DNA of 64,000 nucleotides, taken from assembly GCA_039591075.1 (NCBI GenBank), contig JBDHEI010000011.1, forward strand, positions 9,933 to 73,932. The letters run 5' to 3'. Shown here one piece after another: positions 9,262 to 18,968 of the stretch. This DNA comes from Gemmatimonadota bacterium (lineage in GTDB: Bacteria > Gemmatimonadota > Gemmatimonadetes > Gemmatimonadales > GWC2-71-9). The translations under genes and the position numbers were made by a program. Position 1 is the first letter of the stretch. Every line of letters starts with the position of its first letter. The notes below the pieces were generated by a model that was not told where the DNA came from, ran no database searches, and saw nothing but the letters and a program-made list of their open reading frames with translations.

Positions 9262-9351
9262 CGCCCCTCTGCCGCATTTCCACAGGTGTTGCCCGTCGGC
9301 CCCTCAGCGCGCCCTCGCGTCCGCAGGGCCGCGGAGATTCGGTGACGAGGT

Positions 9352-11133
9352 TCAGCCGGTACCGGGTTCGTCGGTCACTTTGCCGTCTGGTGTGGGGTTC
9401 CACAGACTCCGGAAGTAGTACCCGATCGCCAAGAAAACGCCACCAAAGCCCAGGAACAATAGAATCCGCCAGATGGCTTCGACCTGGCGGAGATCCACCA
9501 GGATCAACTTGGCGACGGGCAGAAACAGCGTGACGAGACCCACGGTCCTCGCCGGAGGTACGAGCAGGATCAGCACCAGCGCGTAGATCCCCCATGCGGC
9601 CGTCACGATTCCAGTACCCGCAGGAAGCACGGAGAGCTCGCGCCAGAGCCATGCCAGGAGCGCCGCGTGTGCTGCCAGGCGGTACCATCGACCGGCCTGA
9701 GGACCGGCCCACCACGCCCCCACCAGGGCTGCAGCGACGGCGGCTAGGTCGGTGAGTGCGCGCGCGTTGAACACGGCGTCCCTGGGGGGTCCGTCCCCGG
9801 CTAGACGCTCGAACATCCAGAGTGCGACGAGGCCGAAGAGCAGATGGCCGGTCATGCGGAGTGCATCGTCGTCCAAGCGGTGCGCAACGTGTAACAGCGT
9901 CGCCGCCAGCGCGGCCCAGATCAGGAACTGTGCATGCCCCTCGAACAGCAGCGGTACTGCCCCGGCCACGAGCACGGCTCCCGTCACATGGTGCGCCGAC
10001 ACGAGAACCGGGACCGAGCCAACACGGTCCAGGCGCCACGCCACGGCAGCATAGAGGACTCCACCACCAAGGGCAATCAGGCCCCAGAGGGTGTCTCCGG
10101 CCGACCACACCGCCCGCGACGTGAACAGGGCAACGACGGCGGTGACAAATGTGAGAACGGCGACCTGCCGGTGCGATAGCTCTGCCTCGTCGTGGCCCTT
10201 GACGCCTGCTATCGTGCCGAGGGGCGGTCGTTGCCAGCGCGAGGGGTTGCTCTCGGCCAGTGCCTCGCGCAGCACTGGGATCCCCCAGAACAGCAGCCAC
10301 GTGACGACTACGCCGATCTGCAGCGCAACTCGATTGCCCCACGCTCCGGTCTGAAATCCGAGCGCCAGAACGGTCCAGCCACCCACGGCCGTCGTCCACA
10401 GCAGCGATCGCCACCCCTTGAGCAGGTAGATGGCGCTGGTGCCGACGAGGAGAATCCCGGTGTACGTCACGAGGCCCGGAACGGACCCGACGTCGGTGTA
10501 CAGGAAGAATGGTGTGCCCAGACCACCCGCCGCTCCGAGTACGGCAAGCGCGGGGCCGTTCTGCCTGATGCCGGTGGAGAAGGTGAAGAGGGTCACCAGC
10601 ACCATGAACGCGAAGGCCACCGAGTGGCTGACGAGCTCGAAGAGTTGGAATGCCGCGAATCCGGTGATATACCAGGTCGCAGCGGCTCCCCCGAGCATGA
10701 GCTGACTGAACCACTGTTTGGCCGGTGGGACGCGAAAGCCAATGGTAGCCAGTGCGCCCCCGAGCCCGAGGCCGAATGCGATCCGGATCCTCGGAGTGAG
10801 CCATCCCTGGTCAACGGCGTAGTTGAACAGGAACGCCACGCCGACGAGCAGCAGCCCGATGCCGACTCGGCCGATCCAGTACTGCGGGCCGCGGTGGAGT
10901 AGGGCGGCGATCGGGCCCGGGGGCTTGTGGGGAGTCATCCGCTGGGCCCGGGGCATCGGGCGCGGTCGTTGGCTACCCTCGCCGAGAGGCCGCGGGCTCG
11001 TGGCGGACTGCCCTGTCCGCGCACGCCCGGCCAACCCGTCGACGAATCCCTTCAGAGTGTGCTGCAGGTGCTGCACCGTGGCTTCGAGGTCCTGAAGCCG
11101 TTGCTCGATGGTGCGCTCGGGAGGTTCTGGCAT
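9352..11133 (-). CDS. DUF2339-like polytopic membrane protein
   Basis: ATG 11133 (MPEPPERTIEQRLQDLEATVQHLQ...). A coiled-coil N-terminus and Pro-rich linker are followed by more than 10 hydrophobic helices, which is the usual DUF2339 architecture. The first 18 codons of the track ORF are judged an extension. Confidence 0.7.
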   Translation of the reverse strand: MPEPPERTIEQRLQDLEATVQHLQHTLKGFVDGLAGRARTGQSATSPRPLGEGSQRPRPMPRAQRMTPHKPPGPIAALLHRGPQYWIGRVGIGLLLVGVAFLFNYAVDQGWLTPRIRIAFGLGLGGALATIGFRVPPAKQWFSQLMLGGAAATWYITGFAAFQLFELVSHSVAFAFMVLVTLFTFSTGIRQNGPALAVLGAAGGLGTPFFLYTDVGSVPGLVTYTGILLVGTSAIYLLKGWRSLLWTTAVGGWTVLALGFQTGAWGNRVALQIGVVVTWLLFWGIPVLREALAESNPSRWQRPPLGTIAGVKGHDEAELSHRQVAVLTFVTAVVALFTSRAVWSAGDTLWGLIALGGGVLYAAVAWRLDRVGSVPVLVSAHHVTGAVLVAGAVPLLFEGHAQFLIWAALAATLLHVAHRLDDDALRMTGHLLFGLVALWMFERLAGDGPPRDAVFNARALTDLAAVAAALVGAWWAGPQAGRWYRLAAHAALLAWLWRELSVLPAGTGIVTAAWGIYALVLILLVPPARTVGLVTLFLPVAKLILVDLRQVEAIWRILLFLGFGGVFLAIGYYFRSLWNPTPDGKVTDEPGTG

Positions 11134-11247
11134 GACAGAAAGGTAGGAACCGGCGGGGCAACGGCAAGATCGCTGAGTGGCACACACCCCGGAGACGATC
11201 TACACTTAGCGCGATCGGCGCGTGCTCACCCGAACCAGGAGCGTCTC

Positions 11248-13191
11248 ATGCGGAAAGCCGTGCGGGTACTCAGTATGCTCGTCTTCGGGTCGTCTGTCAT
11301 TGCGCCGCCCGGCGGCGCGCAGCAGCGCACCGGCTGGACGGACCGCTCGCCGTTCGAGCCGCTGGACCTGCCGGCGGCCACCACGATCCGGACCGGAGCC
11401 GGTCGGCCAGGACCGGACTACTGGCAGCAGCGGGCCGACTACACGCTCGCGGCCAGTGTGGATACCAGTAACCAGCTGCTCACCGGCAGCGGCACCCTGC
11501 GATACCACAACAACTCGCCCGACACGCTGCCCTTCCTGTGGCTCAAGCTGGACGCAAACCTGTGCGATCCAAAGAGCGAGGCCGGCGTGCTGAGCGTCCC
11601 GCCCCTGCTGTTCGGCGACGCCGTGTTCGACTTCTCTTGCCAGGGTGGCAGTGGAATGGCCCTCGAGCGGCTCACGGCGGGCGGTCGAGCCGTTGGCCAT
11701 CGAGTGTATGGGACCGTCGCGCGAGTCGATCTCGATACGCCACTCCTTCCGGGAGGAACCGTCGAGTTGGAGATGGTGTGGCGCTGGACGCTCCCGGAGT
11801 ACGGATACGGCCGCATGGGCCGCGACGGCACGCTCTACCAAGTGGCGCAGTGGTATCCGCGCGTTGCCGTGTACGACGACGTCGGTGGCTGGAACCTGGC
11901 GCCGTTCCTGGGCGCGGGGGAGTTCTACCAGGAGTACGGCGACTTCGCTGTGGCGCTGACGGTGCCCGCCGGCTACGTGCTGGCCGCGACGGGGACCGTT
12001 CAGAATCCGAACGCAGTGCTGACGGCCGCGCAGCGCGAGCGGCTCGCGCGAGCCCGCCGATCGGAGTCGGCCGTGGCAATCGTGACGGCTGACGAAGCGC
12101 GCGAGGCACGGCAACGAGCGGTGCCCGGCACCAGGACCTGGCGATTTACTGCGCAAAACGTGCGTGACTTCGCCTTCGCCATGGCGCCGGATTTCCGGTG
12201 GGACGCGAGCGCGTGGGACGGGACGCTGATTCAGACGTTTTACCGACCTGAGGCCACGCTGTGGGAGGGGGCGAACCGCATGTCGTGGGTGAGCATCAAG
12301 CATTTCTCCGAACGCCTGGCGCGATATCCCTACCCCCACGCCACCACAGTCGAGGGCCCCAACGACGGCATGGAGTATCCGATGCTCACCTTTGTGCCCA
12401 GGGGTGGGTCGCGGGAGGAACTGTACTGGGTGTTGACCCACGAGTTCGGTCACGAGTGGTACCCGATGCTGGTGAACTCCAACGAGCGGCTGCATCCGTG
12501 GATGGACGAAGGCTTCAACACGTTCATCGACATCGGATCGGTTGAGGAGTACTTCGCGGGCGAGGCGTATGGCGACACGATCGACCTCCAGCCGCTGCAC
12601 CTGTACCCGCTGCATGCCCTTGCCGGCAGAGAGCAGGCCATGGCGCTCCCGCCTGACGAGCAGCATGATCTGTTCTGGGCGGCCTACTTCAAACCGGCGC
12701 TCATGCTGCATCTGCTGCGCACGGAGGTGCTGGGTCCCGAGCGATTCGACCGTGCGTTCTCGGAATACACGGAGGCATGGTCGTTCAAGCACCCCACGCC
12801 GGCGGACTTCTTTCGCTTCATGGAGGATGCCGCGGGCTCGCAGCTCGACTGGTTCTGGCGCGGATGGATCTACTCCACGGCTCGGCTCGACCAGGCCGTT
12901 GCTAGGGTCGTGCTCGGGAGCGACAGCACCGAAACGGAGATCCATCTGCGCAACCGTGGTGCCATGGTGATGCCCGCAGAGTTGGCGCTCACCTTCGCGG
13001 ATGGGTCGAGGCAGATCGTGCGACTCCCGGTCGAGATGTGGAAGCTAGGACCCGAGTTCGTGTACCGATTGCCGGCCGGTCGGTCGCTCGTCGCCGTGGA
13101 GTTGGACCCGCGCGGCGTGTATCCGGACGATGACCACGACAACGACACGTGGCGCGCCCCGGTGTCGGGCATGGTGCCGCCCGGGCGGTAG
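11248..13191 (+). CDS. M1-family zinc metallopeptidase (aminopeptidase N-like), secreted
   Basis: ATG 11248 follows AGGAG. Signal peptide MRKAVRVLSMLVFGSSVIAPPGGAQ. HEFGHEW followed by WMDEGF forms the HExxH-x18-E zinc motif. Confidence 0.85.
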   Translation: MRKAVRVLSMLVFGSSVIAPPGGAQQRTGWTDRSPFEPLDLPAATTIRTGAGRPGPDYWQQRADYTLAASVDTSNQLLTGSGTLRYHNNSPDTLPFLWLKLDANLCDPKSEAGVLSVPPLLFGDAVFDFSCQGGSGMALERLTAGGRAVGHRVYGTVARVDLDTPLLPGGTVELEMVWRWTLPEYGYGRMGRDGTLYQVAQWYPRVAVYDDVGGWNLAPFLGAGEFYQEYGDFAVALTVPAGYVLAATGTVQNPNAVLTAAQRERLARARRSESAVAIVTADEAREARQRAVPGTRTWRFTAQNVRDFAFAMAPDFRWDASAWDGTLIQTFYRPEATLWEGANRMSWVSIKHFSERLARYPYPHATTVEGPNDGMEYPMLTFVPRGGSREELYWVLTHEFGHEWYPMLVNSNERLHPWMDEGFNTFIDIGSVEEYFAGEAYGDTIDLQPLHLYPLHALAGREQAMALPPDEQHDLFWAAYFKPALMLHLLRTEVLGPERFDRAFSEYTEAWSFKHPTPADFFRFMEDAAGSQLDWFWRGWIYSTARLDQAVARVVLGSDSTETEIHLRNRGAMVMPAELALTFADGSRQIVRLPVEMWKLGPEFVYRLPAGRSLVAVELDPRGVYPDDDHDNDTWRAPVSGMVPPGR

Positions 13192-13220
13192 CGGAACGTC
13201 ACGGCGCGCGCGGGTGTCGC

Positions 13221-13544
13221 ATGGGAATCCTGCTGTGGGTGGTCGGTGCGTTGGCGCTTGCCTCTGGCGGCCTGAAGCTACGCGGCCAAGTACGAGCGAC
13301 CGTGGGCACCTCGCGCATCGCCGTGTGGGAGACTGCGGTCGGCGCGCTTACGGCGGTCGGGTCCGGCGTTGGTCTGGCCCGAGAGCGGCCGCTCGCGTGG
13401 GCGGCGGTAGCCGTCGCACTCGGGCTCGTGGGGGTGTCGTCGGTGGTGCACGTCCGGCGGACGGCTCGCCTGCGACAACTGCGCGAGGAGTCGGCGGAAT
13501 CGCGACTGCGAAGCTACTTGGAGAACGGGAGATCCTCGATGTAG
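13221..13544 (+). CDS. small membrane protein (hypothetical)
   Basis: MGILLWVVGALALASGGL... has 3 hydrophobic segments and a basic C-terminal tail. Confidence 0.4.
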   Translation: MGILLWVVGALALASGGLKLRGQVRATVGTSRIAVWETAVGALTAVGSGVGLARERPLAWAAVAVALGLVGVSSVVHVRRTARLRQLREESAESRLRSYLENGRSSM

Positions 13545-13590
13545 TGGGGTTTCGGTCTTCGCCGTGCCGGGCGCTTTGCGCGTGCCTCCG

Positions 13591-15003
13591 TTACCACATC
13601 CCCAGCACCTTCCACCACAGTCCTCCCACCCCCAGCCACACCGCGATGTTCACCACGCTCACCACCAAGCCGAGCCGCCACCAGGCGGTGACCTCGACGT
13701 AGCCGGCTCCGAACAGCACCGGTGCCGGGCCGGTGCCGTAGTGGGTCATGCTGCTGAACAGGTTGCTGAAGAACGCCAGGAGCAGGGCCGCGAGGACGGG
13801 AGGCGTGCCCACTGCGAGCGCCACGCCGAGAAACGGCGCGTACATGGAACTCACGTGGGCGGTGTTGCTGGCAAAGAAGTAGTGGCTGTAGAAATACACG
13901 AGGCTGAGCCCGACGAACGCCGGGAGCCATCCCATCCCTTCGAAGAGCCCACCCATGGCGCCGCTGAACCAGGGAATGAGACCGAGCCTGGACAAGAACG
14001 ACGCCATCATCACGAGCGCCGCGAACCACACGAGCGTGTCCCACGCTCCCTTTTCCCGCAGGATGTCGTCCCACGTGAGCACGCCGGTCACGAGCAGCAC
14101 GACGAGGCCAACCATGGCGGTCACGGTGGTGTGCACCGCAAGCACGTCTCCCAGGATCCACAGGGTGAGCAACAGGACGAAACAGGCCAACATCACCCAC
14201 TCGCTCCGGGAGATCGGCCCACTCTGCCGCAGCTTCTCCCGTGCCATCGCTGCCGCCTGTGGTGTCTCCCTGATCTCGGGTGGGTACAGCCGGTACAGCA
14301 GGGCTGGCACGAGGGCGAGGCTCAGGAGCCCCGGCACCAGCGCCGCGAGCGCCCACCCGGTCCACGTGACCTCCACACCCTGGTCGCGCGCCAACTGGGC
14401 GGCTAACGGGTTTGCCGCCATCGCCGTCAGGAACATGGCGCTCGTGATCACGGTGCCCTGAAAGGATGCTGTGGTCAGGAACGCGCCCACGCGCTTGGCC
14501 GTGCCGTCGTCGGGTCGGCTCTCGTACGCCTCCGCCACCGATCGCAGGATCGGGAAGATCACGCCCCCCGCGCGCGCGGTGTTGCTCGGGATCGCCGGAG
14601 CGAGGACGAGATCGGTGGCGATGAGCCCATAGCCCAGTCCCAACGTGCGTCGGCCCAGCCACGCCATGAACAGGTACGCGATCCGCGCGCCGAGGCCGGT
14701 CTTGATGAACCCCCGCGAGATGAAGAACGCGAGCACGATCAACCAGATGACCGTGTTACCGAACCCGCTCATCGCCTCACCGATCGTGAGCGTGTGAGTG
14801 ACGGTCGTGGCACAGATACCGATCATGGCCACCGCGCCCATCGGCAGCGGCTTGAGCACGATGCCGACGATGGTCGCGGCGAAGATGGCGAGGAGGTGAA
14901 TCCCACGGGGATCGACATCGGCAGGCGGTGGGACGAACCACAGGACGGTACCGACAGTGACCGGCACGCCGAGCTTGAGCGCGAAGGCGCGTGACGGGGT
15001 CAT
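13591..15003 (-). CDS. DASS-family (SLC13-like) anion / dicarboxylate transporter
   Basis: MTPSRAFALKLGVPVTV... with PSNTARAGGVIFPI and ASNTAHVSSMYAPF, the paired SNT hairpin motifs of DASS / 2-oxoglutarate-malate translocator-type permeases. ATG 15003 overlaps the ppc stop (ATGA). Confidence 0.85.
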   Translation of the reverse strand: MTPSRAFALKLGVPVTVGTVLWFVPPPADVDPRGIHLLAIFAATIVGIVLKPLPMGAVAMIGICATTVTHTLTIGEAMSGFGNTVIWLIVLAFFISRGFIKTGLGARIAYLFMAWLGRRTLGLGYGLIATDLVLAPAIPSNTARAGGVIFPILRSVAEAYESRPDDGTAKRVGAFLTTASFQGTVITSAMFLTAMAANPLAAQLARDQGVEVTWTGWALAALVPGLLSLALVPALLYRLYPPEIRETPQAAAMAREKLRQSGPISRSEWVMLACFVLLLTLWILGDVLAVHTTVTAMVGLVVLLVTGVLTWDDILREKGAWDTLVWFAALVMMASFLSRLGLIPWFSGAMGGLFEGMGWLPAFVGLSLVYFYSHYFFASNTAHVSSMYAPFLGVALAVGTPPVLAALLLAFFSNLFSSMTHYGTGPAPVLFGAGYVEVTAWWRLGLVVSVVNIAVWLGVGGLWWKVLGMW

Positions 15004-17666
15004 CCGGTGTTCCGCATGCCGGCTGCGATCCCGTTCACCGTGAGGAGCATGGCGTCGAGCAGCCGCTTGTCGTCTGGGCTCTTCCGCAGACGACACAGGA
15101 TCTCCGTCTGCACCAGGTTGATGGGATCGATGTAGGGATTGCGCACGTCGATGGAGCGCTGCAGCACGGGGTTCCCGTCGAGCAGGCGGTCGTGGCCGGT
15201 CACCTGAAGCACGACGTCCGTCGCACGTTTTAGTCGCTCCCGCAGATCGGTCCCGATGGAGCGGACATCTTCGGGAACCAAACGCTCGTCGTACTGCGCG
15301 GCGATGGCCGGCGACGCCTTGGCCAGGACCATCTCGACCAGATCGACCGTCGACCGGAAGAACGGCCACCGCTCACCCATCTCGCGCAACGTCTCGAGTT
15401 GTCCGGTGCGGAGCGGCTCTTCGAAGGCCTCGCTGAATCCGAGCCAGGCGGGGAGCAAGAGGCGCGTCTGCATCCAGGCAAAGACCCACGGGATCGCGCG
15501 GAGCGATCGCACCCCGGATCCCGGGCGCCGCCGTGCAGGCCGACTGCCGATCTTGAGCGCGCCCAACTCAATCTCGGGAGTGGCCGCGCGAAAGTAGTCC
15601 ACGAACTCCGGCGTCTCGTACACGATCCGGCGATAGGCTCTGCGGGACGTGTCGGCGAGCCGGCGCATGTGCTCGCGCCACGCGGGGTCGGGCGCGTCGG
15701 CCGGGAGCAGCGTTGCCTCGAGCGTGGCTGTGATGTAGACCTCGAGCGTCCGTGATGCGATGCCTGGTAGGTCGAACTTGGCGGAGATCATCTCCCCCTG
15801 CTCGGTCACGCGGAGCGTGCCGTCTACCGAACCGGGTGGCTGCGACTGGATCGCGAGATGGGTGGGGCCGCCGCCCCGTCCCACCGTGCCACCACGACCG
15901 TGAAACAGGGTGAGTGGCACGTCCTGCTCGCGGCACGCAGCGACGATGGCCTCCTGGGCCTCGTACAGCTCCCAAGCGGCGGCGAGCCGCCCGCCGTCCT
16001 TGGCCGAGTCTGAGTAGCCGAGCATCACCTCTTGCCGCCCCGCGATCCGGTCGCGGTAGCCGGGGATGGCGAGCAGTTCGCGCAGGGTGGCGCCGGCGCG
16101 CCGCAGGTCGTCGACCGTCTCGAACAGGGGAACCACGCGGAGCGGCGGATCGAGCCGAGCGGCGATCTGCAACGCCTGGACGGCGAGCACGTCGGACGGC
16201 TGGGTGGCCATCGAGATCACATAGGCCCCCAGTGATCCCGGAGGGATCGATGCCGCCGTGCGGAACGTCTCGAGCACGTCGCGCACGTCGGGCTCGAATC
16301 GATCCGTCGACTTCAACGCCCGCGCCATGGCGCTGCCGTTCGCCGCGATCTGGTCGCGCAGGAACTGTTGACGCTCGGCCTCGTCCCAGGTGGCGTACGA
16401 GCCCAGTCCCAGCTGCTGCGTGACCGCGTCGAGTGCTTCGGTGTGGCGCGCCGATTCCTGGCGCAGGTCGAGCCGCACGAGTGTCAAGCCGAAGCACGCG
16501 AGCCGGCGCTGAATGTCCAGCAGCCGTCCGCCGGCCAACACGCCCGCACCCGTGGCCTCGAGCGACCGGCGGCACAGCTCGAGCGGCTCGGCGAGATCCT
16601 CGACCCGCCAGCACATGCGCTCTGCCGTGGCGCGATCGGGGACCTTCCACTCGAGCATCAGCTCGATTCCCGTGCGGGTCGCCCGCAACCGGTCGCGCAG
16701 ATCCCGGAGCAGCGCCCGGTAGGGCTCGGGTGTCTTCCCGACCTGCGCCCTCAGCTCGGGGCTAGCATCGCTCAGCGACAGTTCCGCCCTGAGCGCCGAC
16801 AGCTCCCGCAGGTACAGGTCCGCCGCCATCCAGCGCGCGAGCAACGTCGCCTGTACGGTGATCTCGGGGGTCACGTGCGGGTTCCCGTCGCGGTCGCCCC
16901 CCATCCACGAGCCGAAGCGGATCGGCGCGGCGTCCCGGGGGAGTTCCCTGCCGATGGCCGACCGCAGGACCCGGTCCAGCGCGCGGAGATTGGCGGGCAC
17001 CGCGTCCCACAGCGTCTGCTCGAACACGACGAGTCCCCAGCGGACTTCGTCCAGCGGTGTCGGCTGGGTGTGGCGCACTTCGTCGGTCTCCCACGCAATG
17101 GTGATCTCGCGCAGCAGGGATTGGCGGATTTCCTCTCGTTCGGCAGGTGTCAGGTCGCTGCGGTCCTGCCGCCCCAGGAGATCCGCAATGCGCCGATGGG
17201 ATCGTCGCAGCGTGCGGCGTACGATCTCGGTCGGATGCGCGGTGAGCACCAGGTCGACGTGCAGGGTGCACACCTGCTCGAACACAGCGTCGGGTGTGAT
17301 CCCTGCCTCGAGGAGGTGGGCGAGCGCGTCCGCGAACGACCCCGGTTGGGGCGGCGCATCGGGATCACGCTGGTATTCGCGCCGCCGGCGCACGCGGTGA
17401 TGCTGTTCAGCGATGTTGGCCAGGGTCAGGAAGTGCGCGAACGCCCGGGCGACGGGCAAGGCGTCGTCCACCGGAAGCTGTTGGAGCAGCTCCCGTAGTT
17501 CTCCGAAGCATCCCGTTTCACCCTGTCGCGCACGCTTGGAGAGAGCGCGCACGCGCTCCACCGTCTCGAACAGCGGTACGCCTTCCTGCTGACGCAGGGT
17601 CTCGCCCAAGAGGGTGCCGAGGAGCCGGACGTCGTTGCGGAGCGGAAGGTGGGGATCGGTGGTCAC
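15000..17666 (-). CDS. ppc: phosphoenolpyruvate carboxylase
   Basis: 888-aa ORF with canonical PEPC motifs (VLTAHPTE, GYSDSAKDGG, FHGRGGTVGRGGGP) and the C-terminal ...GIAAGMRNTG. Confidence 0.95.
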   Translation of the reverse strand: MTTDPHLPLRNDVRLLGTLLGETLRQQEGVPLFETVERVRALSKRARQGETGCFGELRELLQQLPVDDALPVARAFAHFLTLANIAEQHHRVRRRREYQRDPDAPPQPGSFADALAHLLEAGITPDAVFEQVCTLHVDLVLTAHPTEIVRRTLRRSHRRIADLLGRQDRSDLTPAEREEIRQSLLREITIAWETDEVRHTQPTPLDEVRWGLVVFEQTLWDAVPANLRALDRVLRSAIGRELPRDAAPIRFGSWMGGDRDGNPHVTPEITVQATLLARWMAADLYLRELSALRAELSLSDASPELRAQVGKTPEPYRALLRDLRDRLRATRTGIELMLEWKVPDRATAERMCWRVEDLAEPLELCRRSLEATGAGVLAGGRLLDIQRRLACFGLTLVRLDLRQESARHTEALDAVTQQLGLGSYATWDEAERQQFLRDQIAANGSAMARALKSTDRFEPDVRDVLETFRTAASIPPGSLGAYVISMATQPSDVLAVQALQIAARLDPPLRVVPLFETVDDLRRAGATLRELLAIPGYRDRIAGRQEVMLGYSDSAKDGGRLAAAWELYEAQEAIVAACREQDVPLTLFHGRGGTVGRGGGPTHLAIQSQPPGSVDGTLRVTEQGEMISAKFDLPGIASRTLEVYITATLEATLLPADAPDPAWREHMRRLADTSRRAYRRIVYETPEFVDYFRAATPEIELGALKIGSRPARRRPGSGVRSLRAIPWVFAWMQTRLLLPAWLGFSEAFEEPLRTGQLETLREMGERWPFFRSTVDLVEMVLAKASPAIAAQYDERLVPEDVRSIGTDLRERLKRATDVVLQVTGHDRLLDGNPVLQRSIDVRNPYIDPINLVQTEILCRLRKSPDDKRLLDAMLLTVNGIAAGMRNTG

Positions 17667-17747
17667 CGGGCTATAGCTAACGCCGTTTGAGCGGCGGTGT
17701 CAAAGCTGGGATATTTCTTGGTGGGCCTACTGAAGCAGTGACCGCGC

Positions 17748-18791
17748 ATGGCGGACTCAGCAATCCGCATCCTGTTCCTGGCCGACACCCATCTGGGTAT
17801 CGACATGCCGCTGCGTCCGCGAATCGCGCGGCGGCGGCGTGGGCCGGACTTCTTCGCCAATTACGAGCGGGCGCTCCAGGCAGCGCACGACCACCGTGTA
17901 CACGCCGTGATCCACGGGGGCGACGTGTTCTATCGTAGCCGAGTGCCGGCCAAGCTCGTCCAGGCCGGATTCGCGCCCCTCAAACGGGTCGCCGATGCCG
18001 GGATCCCAGTCTATGTCGTTCCTGGGAATCACGAGCGATCGGCGATCCCGTTTCCGCTGCTTGCCGAGCATCCCCGCATCCACCTGTTCGACCGGCCCAG
18101 GACGTACACGGCGGAGTGGGACGGTGTGCAGGTGGCCATTGCGGGATTCCCGTTCTGCAGGCGCGGCGTGCGCGGAGCCTTTCGCAACTTGCTCGGCGAG
18201 ACGGGATGGACGCGTGTCGGTGCCGACGTGAATCTGCTCTGCATGCACCAGTGTTTCGAGGGGGCGACGGTCGGACCCAAGGACTTCACCTTTCGGTACA
18301 CCGAAGACGTCGTCAGGGCCGGCGACGTGCCGCCACAGTTCGCGGCGGTGCTCACCGGTCACATCCATCGGCATCAGGTGCTCACTGCCGATTTGCGCGG
18401 CCGGTCTCTCCCCACACCGGTGCTGTATCCCGGATCGATCGAGCGGACCTCGTTTGCCGAGCGGGATGAGGAGAAGGGCTATCTGGTGCTCCAGGTGGAG
18501 CCAGGAGCCGATCGCGGTGGGATCCTGAAACAGTGGACCTTCCATCGCCTTCCGGCGCGGCCGATGGTGCTCGTGGATGTGGAGGCCAATGGCTTCGCTT
18601 TCGGCGCGCTCCAGACCCTTCTCACCCGAGCGATCACCGGTGCGCCAGCGGACGCCGTGCTCAGGATACGGGTGCACGGACATCCGGCTCCATCGGCGTT
18701 TGCGGCGCTTCGCGCCGCGCACGTGCGTGGGCTCGCCCCGGCAACGATGAATGTGGACGTGGTGTTGGTGGACGTGCCTCGTATCGGTTGA
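17748..18791 (+). CDS. metallophosphoesterase (SbcD/Mre11-like fold)
   Basis: Calcineurin-like motifs in order: LADTHLG, HGGDVF, GNHE, GHIH. No SbcC-like partner nearby. Confidence 0.75.
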   Translation: MADSAIRILFLADTHLGIDMPLRPRIARRRRGPDFFANYERALQAAHDHRVHAVIHGGDVFYRSRVPAKLVQAGFAPLKRVADAGIPVYVVPGNHERSAIPFPLLAEHPRIHLFDRPRTYTAEWDGVQVAIAGFPFCRRGVRGAFRNLLGETGWTRVGADVNLLCMHQCFEGATVGPKDFTFRYTEDVVRAGDVPPQFAAVLTGHIHRHQVLTADLRGRSLPTPVLYPGSIERTSFAERDEEKGYLVLQVEPGADRGGILKQWTFHRLPARPMVLVDVEANGFAFGALQTLLTRAITGAPADAVLRIRVHGHPAPSAFAALRAAHVRGLAPATMNVDVVLVDVPRIG

Positions 18792-18968
18792 TGCCTATCC
18801 CAGCGTCGCCAACAGCTCTTCCCGGCGTGGTCTCGAGCGAGGACTCGGTGCTCGAGGCGTGTGACGGCGTCGCGGGGCTTTCTGTTGACGGCTTGGGAGG
18901 AACGTGAACCGGCCTCCCGCGGTACGTTTGAGCATGGAGATCCATGCCGTGTGGTGGGGTGGCGGCTC

